Below are positions 34,553 through 46,430 of a stretch of DNA of 64,000 nt, in pieces (position 1 is the stretch's first letter; the number at the start of each line of letters is the position of its first letter). The stretch spans positions 930,001 to 994,000 of the forward strand of contig JAUPSS010000001.1 of the NCBI GenBank assembly GCA_040285825.1. Reading direction: 5' to 3'. Source of the DNA: Eukaryota sp. TZLM1-RC. Taxonomy: Eukaryota > Protista > Metamonada: BaSk clade. Made by a program: the position numbers and the translations under genes. Below the pieces are notes generated by a model that was given only the letters and a program-made list of their open reading frames with translations, searched no databases and had not been told where the DNA came from.

Positions 34553-36450
34553 TTACACCAATGTAGAGGGACTGAGTTCTCCTTTATACCTTTTTCTTGA
34601 ACCTTCATCAACCTTGACTCTCTGCAGGTATTCCGATCTATCTCCACCATTTACATGTGCTTTATTCACTGCCAACATATTCAGTGAAGCATTTCGATCT
34701 CTATTGCACAAGCTTTCGCATGATTTACACATGGTAACCCAGTGACGAATAGACATCTCATGCCTGGGATTTCTGCACCATCGGAATGTTTCAACTGTTT
34801 TCTCCGCTTTCTTACTGTTGAATCAACAGCAACTGGTTCCGAAACTCATCAATCAAAAGCACCTTATAACCAGCCTTTTTAAATAGAATTCTCAAACCTT
34901 TTCCCTTGGTAGGTTCTCTGAATTTCATGTGTTTTCGTTGTTCCCAGTCTCCAAGTCCGATAACTACTTGGCTGGGATCACCAATTACTGATTTGAACCT
35001 CTGAATCATTTTTAGTCTCAGATCTTGTGCGATTAATCTCAGCCCACCATCTTAATTTCCTAAATTTTGTTTGATGATAGACTTCACCAACAATACTATT
35101 CACAAAATTCTTTTGTTTGATATACTCCACAAATCCATCAAACCTGCAGCTTTTGGAATTGAATTGGGATAAAGTGGCTTCTCATTCTGCTACAGATTTA
35201 GTTTTTTGTTCATCATTTCTCAAATTGAATGAGTAATTAATTTTTGTGGGGAATATTGATTTCTTGAGGTACTTTTTCTCTTAATAAACTAATTGTTCTT
35301 TCAGTCATTTGATTAATTATACTGCTGTTCAAATCCATCATTTGTTGTTGCTCTTCAGATGGTCCATGATTGGATAGATCAATTACTCTACCAGTAGAGT
35401 TATTGTTACTGAAGCGTCACTCCGTATGCTGTCTCTTATTCTTTTGAACTTGGAATTTTTCGACTCAAATCTTCGTTGATTTTGAGTGTACATGAAATGA
35501 ACATATTTATCTCTCTCACATTTTCTTGAATGAGTCATTCCACTAGCTAAATTGGCAGAAAAATAGAGTAGATCAGATTTCCCTGGATCAGCAGCAGCAA
35601 GGGTCATACCTTGGAATTCAGAAGGATTGATGCTGGGGTCATCAATATATTTTTCTTTATCTTTTAATTCTTTTGCAGTTACTTTGTACTTTTTCAAGTC
35701 CATTCTAGATTGAATGAAACTTACTGCTATTCCATCAATCTCGATACTAGACATGATGTACTTGGAATTTTCTGCATAAAGTTTAGTGTTTTTAATCTCC
35801 TCCATTTTTAAAATGATGTCCCATAAAACCAAATCAGCAGCTTGATTATTACATTGGTAGGAGAACTTTTGACCAAAAACGTCCTGGAATTTGACAAAGA
35901 ACAGATCCAATAAACTTGTCTTGTAAATTCTGATATAGGAGTTAATACAAGTATTCTTCAAAGGCAGAGCTTGAAAGAGTTTGCTCTCCCCATCTTCTAA
36001 ATAATTATTAATATAAAACATTGCCCTTAAATACAAATTTGATTTTGACGAAAAATCAAACTTTGAATACTTTTCCCTTTTAGAATTACTGGGAAGTAAA
36101 AGAGGGATCCGGTCATTAATGAAAGGCGAAGGAATTGATGAGGCTTTGGTTCTCATTGCAGAAGTTTCGCCATCAATATCTCTACATCCTTCTAGAAGGA
36201 CACATTTAACTTTGTTGATGCATGATGAGAAGTTTTCCATATCCTGTTTTTGGGACGTTGTTGTTTCTCTTAACATCATAGAAAACATCAAAAAACCGAT
36301 CCAAGTAATCAAAGTAATGCTCCTGAATGTTATTTTTGAAATTCACAATCTGTTTGTCAATCGTGTAATAAAAAATATTACTGATTCCGTTTTTTGTACA
36401 GGTATGTCTTTATAGTGTTGGTGATAGAATTCCAACAATGACGCCGAGAA
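34553..36450 (-). mobile_element. Fanzor1 (eukaryotic TnpB-like RuvC nuclease) pseudogene, family A
   Basis: RuvC-I AAADPGKSDLL; YTQNQRRFE; SKSCRFDGFVEY; FRKLRWWAEINRTRSE; VIGLGDW; RuvC-II LIDEFR; CKSC; RuvC-III NRDRNASLNM; RSEYLQR. Interrupted by stops and frameshifts. Confidence 0.88.
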
Positions 36451-37024
36451 TTTTGCAAATTTTTTTGTCATTGAAAACTGTAATCTTCACTTTGAGATGT
36501 CACCACAAGAACAGCATCACGAAAATGTTGCGTTTCAATTTTTGGTTAAATATCATTGGGTTTTAAGTCAAAAAGATGCAAATAATAACCACTTGTCTTT
36601 AAAATCATCACGTTGTTACCCTCCACCTGATAAATTAATTTTTTAAAAAAACATATTTTTGTTGTTAAAAGGAATTAAATTTTTACAATTTTGAAAAATA
36701 GAATGAAAAATTTTATCAGATAGGTCATCAACCTCTCAAAAATAAACACAAAATGAATTGCTCCCTTTTATAAAGAGGCTGCGGGTGGAAACACTGATGT
36801 GTTAAACACACCACTCTCTGCATATATGTCCATTCCTCTCCGTCTTTATCTCCTTCACAATCCCACTGTTCTCTTCTCTTAGACTCTGTCAAATTGGTTG
36901 ATCAGAGTTGATCACATTGCCTCAACTACTCAAAGCTTGGAGTAAGTTTTCTTCTTTTGACTCATTTGAATAAAAAAATTATTTGCCGAAAAATTTTGAG
37001 TAGGTCATAATGCTCTATGAAGCG

Positions 37025-37566
37025 AAGTAGCAGGTTAACAACATTATTTAAAATTGAATCATGTCTCCATTGAGGTCTTCTTAATTTAGGTTTTTCATCA
37101 TGGACAGAAGCAATGAACACACGCAGATCAGAATTTTGTGGTGGAAATTCTGGCTCATTGAATTTAGTCCTATTAGTTTTGAATTTTTTTTATTAAGTAC
37201 TGTAGTTCAATGAAATAATTGTTTCTTCGAGAAACCATAAAAAGAAAGGTGGTCTCTCTACGTGGCATCCCCTGCTTTAATTTTATGGATGATTTTGTTG
37301 AAATTGTGAAAAAACAAACAGAAAGAGTTTTTGACAAGAAATTTTGGCAGATCAGAATTGTATATTCAATGTTAAAAGGTGTTGTTCATTTATAGCCTCA
37401 TGCTTTATTATCTGTTGCACGGTCATTTAAGAAAAAACTTCTAGTTGAGTCTTTCTGGCTGATTTGGGGTATGCAGAAATACAGTTTTAATTTTGCTGAA
37501 TAGTCTATTAGAATAGTTCGGAATAAACAAAACTGAGCAGTGATTGCAGTTTTAATAAATGTGATT
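37025..37566 (-). repeat. Dispersed ~540-bp repeat, copy 2
   Basis: Homologous to 28970-29510. Confidence 0.8.
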
Positions 37567-37662
37567 GTTGATTTATATATCTAAAAACAAGTATTGCCAC
37601 GTCATCATTTATGTACCAGAATTTGTTTCAGTCCAGATTCCTCACTTTCATTCTGGACACAT

Positions 37663-38661
37663 ATGTACTCCTCAAGTGCTTCATATCAAGCTGTCCCCGC
37701 AATGGACGGGTACGTTATGCAGAAACCTGTAAGGTATCCCTATGACGAAAGAAAGAACAACAACTCCTGTTGTGCTTGTTGTTGTTGCGCAACGACAAGC
37801 TGTCTTTGCTGCTGTGTATGTTCGTTGATATGTTTCGTTGCTCTTGTTGTCTGTGGTGCTCTAGTGATCTGGAATGTTGCTGGCAATGCTTGTAACGGAG
37901 ATCTTCAGGAATTTGATCACGAGCAGGTATATGACTTCTCCTCAGACCTCACCATCTCTGCTTATCTTTCCAGAGCCAAAGTCACCTTTGGAAGATCGCT
38001 CGATGGAAAGATCCATGTAAATATCCACGAACGCACAAGTGAAGATGAAGCCGGAGCCACCATAGTTAATGATGGTGAGAAACTGTCGATATCCCATCCT
38101 CAATCCTTCTGGAATTTCTTCAAGTGCTACGAACTAGATATTACCATCCTTCTCCCTGATCAACGTATTCATAAGATCGACCTCGGTATCGCCTCTCCAA
38201 TCAACAAGAAGGAAAAGGCAGTTATCTTTGATACTTCTCTCAGTGTCCGTAAATTGCACGTAGCTTCTGGAACATGTGGTATTTCCTCCAAGAAAATTTC
38301 CTTTGAGAAGATTGAGATCATTTCTGGAACGGGCCATTATTACTTTGACTCACTTGTTGGTGATTCTCATGATTCCTCCGCTGAAATTGGCACTGGCACA
38401 GGCTCCATCACTGTTGGTTCTATTTTCCAAGGTCAATACGATTTAGGAGCTGGTACTGGAAAGGTTGATGCTACCCTTGCTGAAAATTATCAAGGAACAT
38501 TCAACATCAAATCTGGTAATAAGAATGTTGAAGTAACAGGTGAACGTGCTACCATTACCAAAAATGGAAGTCAGCACAAGAAGGGTTATGTAGACTCTGA
38601 AGAAGGTAGTGCCCTGAAAGCTGAGTCTGGTTCTGCCAAGGTAGTTTTGAATGTTTTGTAA
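37663..38661 (+). CDS. Type II membrane protein with Cys-rich juxtamembrane stretch and DUF4097/adhesin-like beta-strand repeats
   Basis: CCACCCCATTSCLCCCVC, then a TM helix, then repeated x-SG-x-G-x-I strands (ASGTCGI, ISGTGHY, GTGTGSI, GAGTGKV, ESGSAKV). Confidence 0.65.
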   Translation: MYSSSASYQAVPAMDGYVMQKPVRYPYDERKNNNSCCACCCCATTSCLCCCVCSLICFVALVVCGALVIWNVAGNACNGDLQEFDHEQVYDFSSDLTISAYLSRAKVTFGRSLDGKIHVNIHERTSEDEAGATIVNDGEKLSISHPQSFWNFFKCYELDITILLPDQRIHKIDLGIASPINKKEKAVIFDTSLSVRKLHVASGTCGISSKKISFEKIEIISGTGHYYFDSLVGDSHDSSAEIGTGTGSITVGSIFQGQYDLGAGTGKVDATLAENYQGTFNIKSGNKNVEVTGERATITKNGSQHKKGYVDSEEGSALKAESGSAKVVLNVL

Positions 38662-38899
38662 ATGGTAAATTGTTTTTGTTTTATTTTTAACTGACGAAAT
38701 GTGCTCACATAAGGCAGACATCTTGGATGTTATCGTAAAAAAACAGTTAGATTAACGGAAAATCATATAAATGTGGTTAATTTCAATTATACTATCACTC
38801 GACCAAGTGAGTTCATTCCATATTGGAGATGTGTTTCATCAACTATGTACCCAATAATTCATGTATTGTTATCATGTAACAGCTAAAGATTCAAGTAAA

Positions 38900-40300
38900 C
38901 GCGAAGTAATGTTACAGAGAAAATGCAATGAAAAGTTCTGATGAAATTTAACCTCTGTAGCAATCTTCAACAGACATGCCGTTTTGTTTCAACCAGGTCA
39001 ACAACAATTATACATCTTTTATATTGATTACTTCATTGACAGGCCACTTTGAAAAGGATTATTGGAAAAAAAATACTGTGTCTTTTTTTTGTTTTCCAAA
39101 ACCAAAAACTAGCAATAATGCAATAATGAAGGAAATAACATTAATTTTAAGTGAAAAATATTGTTACTTAAACTTAACTATCGATGTTGGAGACAATATA
39201 TACGTAGTTCATGTTTAACAAGAATGCCAATTGTAAAAGTCGTTGATTTGAAATTTGTTAAGTTATGCCAACCCATAGTGAGCAGACACATTCAACAAAT
39301 CTGAACAAGTGAAACAAGTAAGACACTTGGACGCCCATTAATGTTTCCACAAAAATGTAGCGAGCCATGTAGCAAAAATGTGGAAGAACAAACAATTTGA
39401 TTAATTTTGTTATAGAATGAAGAAACATATATCAAAAAATGAGAACATAAAGCAGAAATGAAATATGATTCACAGAATGGAACAACAAGACCAATTTAAT
39501 GTTGGAAGAAATCAGAGATTTGAATGATTCTAATAATCATCTGCTGTTCTTTCTTTAACAGTATTTTAAAAATGTTAACTTCAATTTGAAACTGATGAAA
39601 ACTATTGGTGATAAGAATTTATACTATTTTAAAAAGCAACCCTATGTTACTATCACATGCAATTTATTTCAACAAGATTTTTAGAATTGAAAAGGCTCAG
39701 ACGGTAACCCCTACTGTTTCCCACTGACTCTCATTTCTCCCAACACTTTCTTATGAACTTCCACATATTTTGCGATCAATTTTTTAATCATACAGAGATG
39801 CCTGAGGCTGTTGCTTCGAACAATAAAATCAAGGCCCACCAAAGGGTACAAAGACAATCTAAAAAATTCTATTTGAATCGTATTAGGTCATCCAAGAATG
39901 CAATCTGTTTGGACAAAAATATTCTGCCGTTCAGTTTTTTGCTCAAGATTACTACTTGGAACAATTGAAGCATAGTGAATTGGAAGAACTTGATTTTAAT
40001 GACAAAACGCCTATCGCACTTGATCCTGGAATGTGGGCTAAAATTAACACTGAAAAATCTCAAAAACAATTAAAGAATGAACAAATTTTTGAAGAAAATG
40101 TTATGCCCCAAAAAAGGTAAAAAGAAGATTCAAAACAGAAGAATTAAGTCATGTTCTCTAAAGATTGAGCACGAGGAAAACGATCCAGCAAAGAGAACAG
40201 CAAAAAACCCAAAGATTTTTACAACAGATTTTGCTATTCCCAAGGTGAAAGAAATTTTCATTTGAAAACCAAGCATTTACAAATAATGGAACATGAAATG
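38900..40300 (+). mobile_element. Possible heavily decayed IS607-TnpA plus Fanzor2 element
   Basis: Scattered, correctly ordered motif resemblances: QPGQQQLY and LSEKYCYLNLTIDVGDNI (TnpA-like), then KKFYLNRIRSSKNAICLDK and IALDPGM (RuvC-I-like). No long ORF. Confidence 0.28.
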
Positions 40301-40468
40301 ATAGAGAACTCAATGTCTAGATGTGACTGGTGCAGAGGTCAAAACTCATTTTTCTGAAATGGCAGCACTGGGTGAAGACAAATCAGCTGAACTTACAGAA
40401 TTCAAGACAATTAATCAAAGAACTTGAGAGTTCTGATCTCTATATCGACTCGAATCGTTAACTTCAAC

Positions 40469-42036
40469 ATGAAGTTTTTCTGCTCATGTTTTCCATCATT
40501 CAAACGGAGCACGAACAACTCTTCCGATATACGAAGTGAATCCACTATCCTCAGAGTCAACACAGATCATTCAATGACAGTCACTGATTCCCAGGGATCA
40601 GTTTTTAGCTCAACTTCGAGTACACCTTTCTATTCTCTTCGTCGTGGTTCTTCAAACGAAACTGGAAATGTTCCTGCTACTCGACTTCGTAACTCATCCA
40701 CAGCCCAACCTATTGGATCTATGTCCGTCAATCAGTACGAGATGGAATCTTTACTTCAGGGTGGAGCGACTGGCCGTGATGCTCGTGTCTACATAGCTCG
40801 TTCCACATCAAACAATGAGCTTTATGCTATCAAAGTCTTTCATTCTTCGCTTTTAAAGAAACAGCAATTTTGTGAACTCAACTCCCCTCTAAAACGTGCT
40901 TTTGATCGTGTTCAAAGTGAGATTGCTATTTTACAAAAGCTGTCACATCCCAATATTGTTTCTCTTGTTGAAGTGATAGACGATCCAACAACAGATAGGC
41001 TCTATATGGTCATGGAGTATGTTTCTAATGGTTCTGTTATGCCTGATAACCTAAAAGGCCTTAAAGCCTTAGCTCCCTTGGATACATGGCTGTTCTTCAG
41101 GGATTTACTCCTTGGTGTGGACTACTTACACCAGCAATCTATAGTTCATAGGGATATCAAACCAGCAAATTGTTTGTTATTATCACTCCCTTTACACTAG
41201 GTCTCATAGCGTATGATGAGGAAAGAGTGAATAAGAAGAAGCTAAAGATTGGAGATTTTGGTTTTTCTGAAATTATTGGTGATGAAAGTTCTCCAAAGGG
41301 ATCTCTGGTCCAGGATTGTACTTCTCCTGCATTTTGTGCACCTGAAATCATTTCAAATGAGTCCCATTGTGGTAAATTCTCTGATGTCTGGGCAATGGGA
41401 GTCACTTTATATGTTTTCGCATTTGGAAAACTTCCATTTTATCATGAAAACATCTTTAATTTATTCAAGCAAATTGCAATGGTCGAGCCCAAGTTTCCTG
41501 ACAACGTTGATCCATTACTAGCTGATCTCATTGGTTCAATGTTAGAGAAAGATCTACGTAAAAGAATCACAGTTGGTGAGATCTTTCACCATCCTTGGGT
41601 AACAGCTGAACACAACTACCCTCTTCCTCAGTTGAGTTATGATGCGATAACTCTGGAAGATGGTGATGTTGATGGTGTTTTTAAAGAAATGTACAATGAT
41701 TTTGAATCTGATCCTTGTAGTGAGCACATCTCTATTTACTTAGACAGCAGTAGTGAAAGACATTCGAGGCGGGCTTCGCTTGTTCATCACCCACGTAGAT
41801 CTTCAGTTGATATACTCCGTGGTGAGAGCAAATGTTCGTCAATTTTTGATGTAGAAATACCCCAGTCTCTTGTTGAAGTTGACGATTCTGTAGAAGAGGA
41901 GGAGACGTGGATACGGCCTTCAGATTCATTAAAGAAGTTTGAACCAATGAAGAAATTTGGATCTCTTGGAGTGTCTCAGTTCAGCACATCTAATACTAAT
42001 AATGATGGAGAGGAGTATTACTCTCCCAGTGATTGA
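40469..42036 (+). CDS. CaMKK/SAK1-like Ser/Thr kinase, 2 exons (40469-41171, 41201-42036)
   Basis: YAIK, EIAILQKLSHPNIVSLVEVIDDP..LYMVMEY, HRDIKPAN, DFG, SPAFCAPE, DVWAMGVTLYVFAFGKLPF. Splicing gives HRDIKPANCLIAY. Confidence 0.88.
41172..41200 (+). other. 29-nt spliceosomal intron
   Basis: GTTTGT...TTTACACTAG; removing it joins the two kinase ORFs in frame. Confidence 0.8.
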
Positions 42037-44502
42037 AAACAGAAAATATCATTAACTTACATCAATATAAGTGGAACCAATGGACCTTCAACGGAAGTCT
42101 TATAGCAGGCAAATTTTTTGATGAACTTTGTAAATACTATGCTAAATAAAATCAATAAAATAAATAAATAATTCATTAATCACTACCTATTGTTATAGTT
42201 GCTGATATATAAGGTTAGTGGATATCTCAGAATTTCACGTGATGACGTGGCACTCGTTGAAGAACGGGTTTCTTTATTAATAAACTCTCTCCCTTTTCTC
42301 TCTTTATTTCTTTGGTATTTTTTGCCAAACGGCATCACTATCTACTATATTGTTTCACAACAAACAATGATTATTCACATTTCACTTTCGGACATTAATA
42401 GAAACACAAAAATTTTGATGATATCGAGAATCCAAAAGTTGCTCTTTATCCATTGCTTTTAGTGGTAACTTTATGGCGATTGAGCAAAACTACATATCGT
42501 AAATTCAGTTTATGGTCCCGGTCTCATCACAGTCCCGCAGATATGTACTTTTGGTTTGAATCAACTTTCGTATAATATGGGAACTATTGCATTATGGTTG
42601 TTGAATTAAGTCGTGTTCATTGATTTCCAACTTTTCATTTTGTAACTACAGCCGATCTGACTACAAGCCCGGGATTTTAGTAATAATTTAACAAATATAT
42701 AGGTTTATTTGACCAAAAGTTTCCTTAATTTACCAATTTCAAATGCATTACAATAGCTAGTGTGTTTTGTGGAAAAATACTAAAAAATGATACTATTCTC
42801 GAAGTAATAGTGCTCTCAATAGTCAATAAACCAATGTGAACTTCACATTACACATACACATTTTTGGTTACTATGTTTAGTCAATATTGAACGTTTTAAC
42901 GTCAGCAATTGATATCAGTTAGGCACATATATTGACTCTTGTAAACCGTAAAACACTTTGCCAGACTCAATGGGTTAAAACATGTATTGTGATCCAAAAG
43001 TCTTTTGTGTCACCATCAACCCCCCTCAACTATCAAAATTTCTTCTGCAAACTTTCAGAAAAGGGAGCATTTATGATTAAGCAGAGAAGAGTTTGATGAA
43101 TCAATGTACCTTATATCAGTGATGCGACACTTCCGCAAGCTATAATTTCACAAAATGACGGACAAATGCCGAACACTGCTGAACCCTTGTTTAAATTTAT
43201 TTTCTTTATTTTGAAATACAAACAAAACAAAACAAAACAAGAATATGGAACCCAATATCCTCAACACACACATCAATATTATCAAATATCTCAAATGCAA
43301 GATCTTGATACTCTAACCCTAATTGTAACTGTTCTGGTTACCATTTCTGGAATTTTTTCAAGTCTACTAAAAACAACTTCATTCTGCCAGAAATTAAAGT
43401 TCAACTCTATTCCTGCTCTATCCTTCATTAAACATCTAAAACCTTTGAAAAATTTAATACCAGATATTCCAATGTTACGAAAGAGAGAAACAGCAAATGG
43501 AACCAGCTGATACTTTACATGCTCAACACGCCCTAGCTGGGATAAAGGCTCTTGATTTTCCTTTTTCCAGCAAAGCAGAGTGAGTGTTTCATCTGTTTTA
43601 GCAAAATCAATTGCTGATTCTTTACAAAACGAAAACGAAAGAGCACCCAAACAAAAAAGGCCATTTGAGAACCATCCTCTGGTTTTTCCAGCGCTGCAAC
43701 ATCTCGTTCAGAACTTTTGGCCTTGTCACCCACTGAATGAAAACTACGTCAGCCGACGCTGGTAGATTCTGGTTCGATCCCAGTCTGCTTGGCAGTCGAG
43801 CCATTCAACTGAAGTTTTTGCCAACTTTTGGCTGACGACCCTGTTGTTTGGAAACACAAATTTTCAAGAACTGTGCCCAGAGTCTTGATTGCCCTGGTCC
43901 CAAAAAGTACGCCGAGTTTGTTCTTCAAAATCTTAGCCGGATGATACTATTTCACAATGGTATCAATAAATGGACCAACATATTTTTACCCAATGGCTCA
44001 ATATGACAGCCAATGCCTATATTGGTGGGGGTCCAAATATGCTGGAAACCTCAATCAAAAATGAACGAGTTACCATAAATATGGAAACTGAAGCCACATT
44101 TTTTCAGTCAAGACTGAATATTTTATCTTTTCTAGAAGATAACTCCCTTGAAATTATTAAAAGACACACTCTTTCGCATTTATCCAGTTGGTCTCCATGC
44201 TTTTACAGTTTGGATAAAATGCCCAATCATTTTTTTTAAAAAGACAAAAGAAACCAAAGAGCTGCTAAACATCCCTTATCAATTTTTCAATAAATCTAAA
44301 TTTATTAACTATACTAGTTTTTCAAATGTTGATTCTGTGCTGTTCATGTTCACCCAGAGAGCAGGGACAACCTGTAGTCGCCCGACTAAAGCGCACTGAG
44401 TAGAGACGTGTTTCTGGATTTTAGAATTTTCATAGCTCTGAAAGGAGAAGAAAATGTAATATATATAGAAAATAAAATCCACAGCGAAGACCACGGTTAC
44501 CA

Positions 44503-44960
44503 GTGGAGGAACAGCCTAATTATCGAGATTCAGATGAAAATTCGTTTTTTGTAGCCATTGATTCCAACCACAGCAATCTTTGTGGTTTGACCACTGGTTG
44601 TTTCCGAAATTCTACACATGTTTTTGAGGGTTCTGGCTTGCTGCTAAACCCAAAAGAACGCAAATTAAATCACCCTCCTCCTCTCATTCAAGCAACTCCT
44701 AATGATTATTCCGCTCAGAGCTTTCAAGAGTATCTGATTGAAATACTTTTTCCTTATGTGTCTGATTTTGAGGAAGTGCCTGAATATTTTTCAAGTATGT
44801 GTGGAGACTTGCAGAGTGGTGCAAAAAAATAGCAGATATAAGTTTGATTTTTTCATATGAAGACAAAAGAGACCAACTAGTTTAATTAACAAAATGAAAC
44901 GCTTGTCTGAAGGAAAAAACACTATAGTTTGGTTCGGCAATGGCGGTGGTGGTCCATCTC
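44503..44960 (+). mobile_element. Fanzor1-like middle-region relic (family C); may extend upstream to ~43.1 kb
   Basis: FFVAIDSNHSNLCG (RuvC-I-like), DYSAQSFQEYL, then after a frameshift YKFDFFI*RQKR..LINKMKRLSEGKNTIVWFGNG. Same motif order as 50761-51501. Confidence 0.55.
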
Positions 44961-44962
44961 CT

Positions 44963-45240
44963 TTATTGAATATTCATCTTGATTTGATGTGGCATTCTTA
45001 GGTAATTCATTTCTTGGTTAAGTTGTGATATGTGCGCATCATGAGAGTGTAGAGACGACAGAGCAAGGGAAAGAGAGGACTGTAGTTGAGATTCAATTGA
45101 GGTAAGTTCTGCATTGATATCATGGCGAAGGTCATTGAGATCAGAACGAAGCGAGAACGCATTTGAAACCTTCTGGAGTGTGTCTGGAGCGAAAAATACA
45201 TCACTTACTTGTGGAAGAGGAAGATTATGTGATTTTGTTG
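44963..45240 (-). pseudogene. Host-gene-like helical coding fragment (weak resemblance to exocyst Sec6 N-terminus)
   Basis: VSDVFFAPDTLQKV...IESQLQSSLS; short and wedged between Fanzor pieces. Confidence 0.25.
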
Positions 45241-45245
45241 TTGCA

Positions 45246-45677
45246 AGTTGTTGCATGGCCGAGAATATTCAAGCAGGCTCATGGCAGATGCGTATTTGTA
45301 CTGAGTGTCAAATAGTATATGACAGAGATATTTCCGCTGCAAAAAATATTCAAATTAAGAAAAAAGCGGAATTGTGGCCGGAAAGATACATTTGCCCAGA
45401 TGCTCTGCTGAGGAGATGAATAGGGAACGTGAGCATACAGAAACAAAAACTTTTGAGACCGATCTACAAATACCTTAGTAGCATTTGGTAGATCCACTTA
45501 GATACATCAAGTCGCGAGGCTTTGTTCTGTGAATGCAGTAGGTGTATTTAAGTGAGGTAGCCCATTGATGAAGATCATGATTGTCTTTGTGGAATGATGC
45601 TACATGTCTCTTACAGCCTGTGAGTAGACATTGAGAAAGTTGAAAACAGGAGTGAATTTCACAGGGGAATGCATGAT
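45246..45677 (+). mobile_element. Fanzor family B 3' fragment: zinc finger/RuvC-III coding end plus conserved 3' non-coding region
   Basis: CC...RICTECQIVYDRDISAAKNI; colinear with 51330-51816. Confidence 0.82.
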
Positions 45678-45697
45678 AAGTGAAATTCACAGTAGGT
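45420..45697 (+). ncRNA. Candidate omega-RNA (scaffold to 45677, then putative guide)
   Basis: Conserved with 51502-51816. Stems GATCTACAAAT/ATTTGGTAGATC, CACTTAGATAC/GTATTTAAGTG and ATGTCT..AGACAT; possible pseudoknot CTGTGAA/TTCACAG. Confidence 0.55.
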
Positions 45698-45754
45698 AAT
45701 TCTGGTACTGCTTTAAATTATAATTTATTGAATTTGCACACTGTAGTATAAATA

Positions 45755-45880
45755 CTACAGATGAAGTCTCTTCAGCGATTTTTGCTACTGATGTCTTATT
45801 TCGTCAAAATGAATCCAATGTTTGCATGTCATTGGATTTTAGTAATGCTTTCAATTCGCTAAGTCGTCGCAGTATCCATG
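45755..45880 (+). mobile_element. Non-LTR reverse transcriptase fragment (CRE-like)
   Basis: AIFATDVLFRQNESNVCMSLDFSNAFNSLSRRSI contains the D..NAFNS..R RT motif. Confidence 0.65.
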
Positions 45881-45943
45881 GTTCAATAAATTATAATTTG
45901 CACACTTGATTAAATTAAATCATAACTAATGGGACGACTATCA

Positions 45944-46430
45944 TTAAACCAAGATTTCCTCTACAAAATCTTGATTTGCTTGCTGTCTAGCTAAAGCTTC
46001 TCTAATTCGATTGAAAAACCGCGGTAATCTATTAATAATGGCAAATTGAATCCGTGAACGCCATAAAAAAATATCAAATCTTTTCATTGTTTTTTCTTTC
46101 ACCATTTTTTGGAAGTCATCCAAAAAAGTTTCTGCTTCAACTGATAATCTTCCATTTATCGAAAATGGAAAAGCAATAAAAACCAGCTGTGTATTTCTAT
46201 CGATATTTGCATCTTCAATTTCTTTATCATATTTTCTATGTTTTTCTTTTGCTTTAAAATCCAGAGCAGCCACAGGATTAAGTTTTCTTCTGTGAACCAA
46301 AGTATCGTTTGCAACATTACATGAGACAAAGTCAACAATAGCTTCAGAATTATCAATCCAATCACAGTATACATCACCTCTATCATCAGAACCAAAATTA
46401 TTCAGAGAAAGTGTTTCTTTCAGCAGGGGT
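45944..46430 (-). mobile_element. 5'-truncated non-LTR retrotransposon, open RLE endonuclease C-terminus
   Basis: RGDVYCDW..AIVDF..KEKHRKY..FIAFPFSINGRLS..LWRSRIQFAI in one open frame. Confidence 0.75.

Noticed and set aside
34528-34650. N-terminal 41 aa of the 1659-aa ORF
   Set aside because: Mostly overlaps the Fanzor 3' end in another frame; the HOOK-like domain begins at 34527.
37595-42252. TGCCACGTCATC (37595) and its reverse complement (42241) as a bZIP-type regulatory site
   Set aside because: A 12-mer match is expected by chance in 64 kb, and the second copy has no clear downstream gene.
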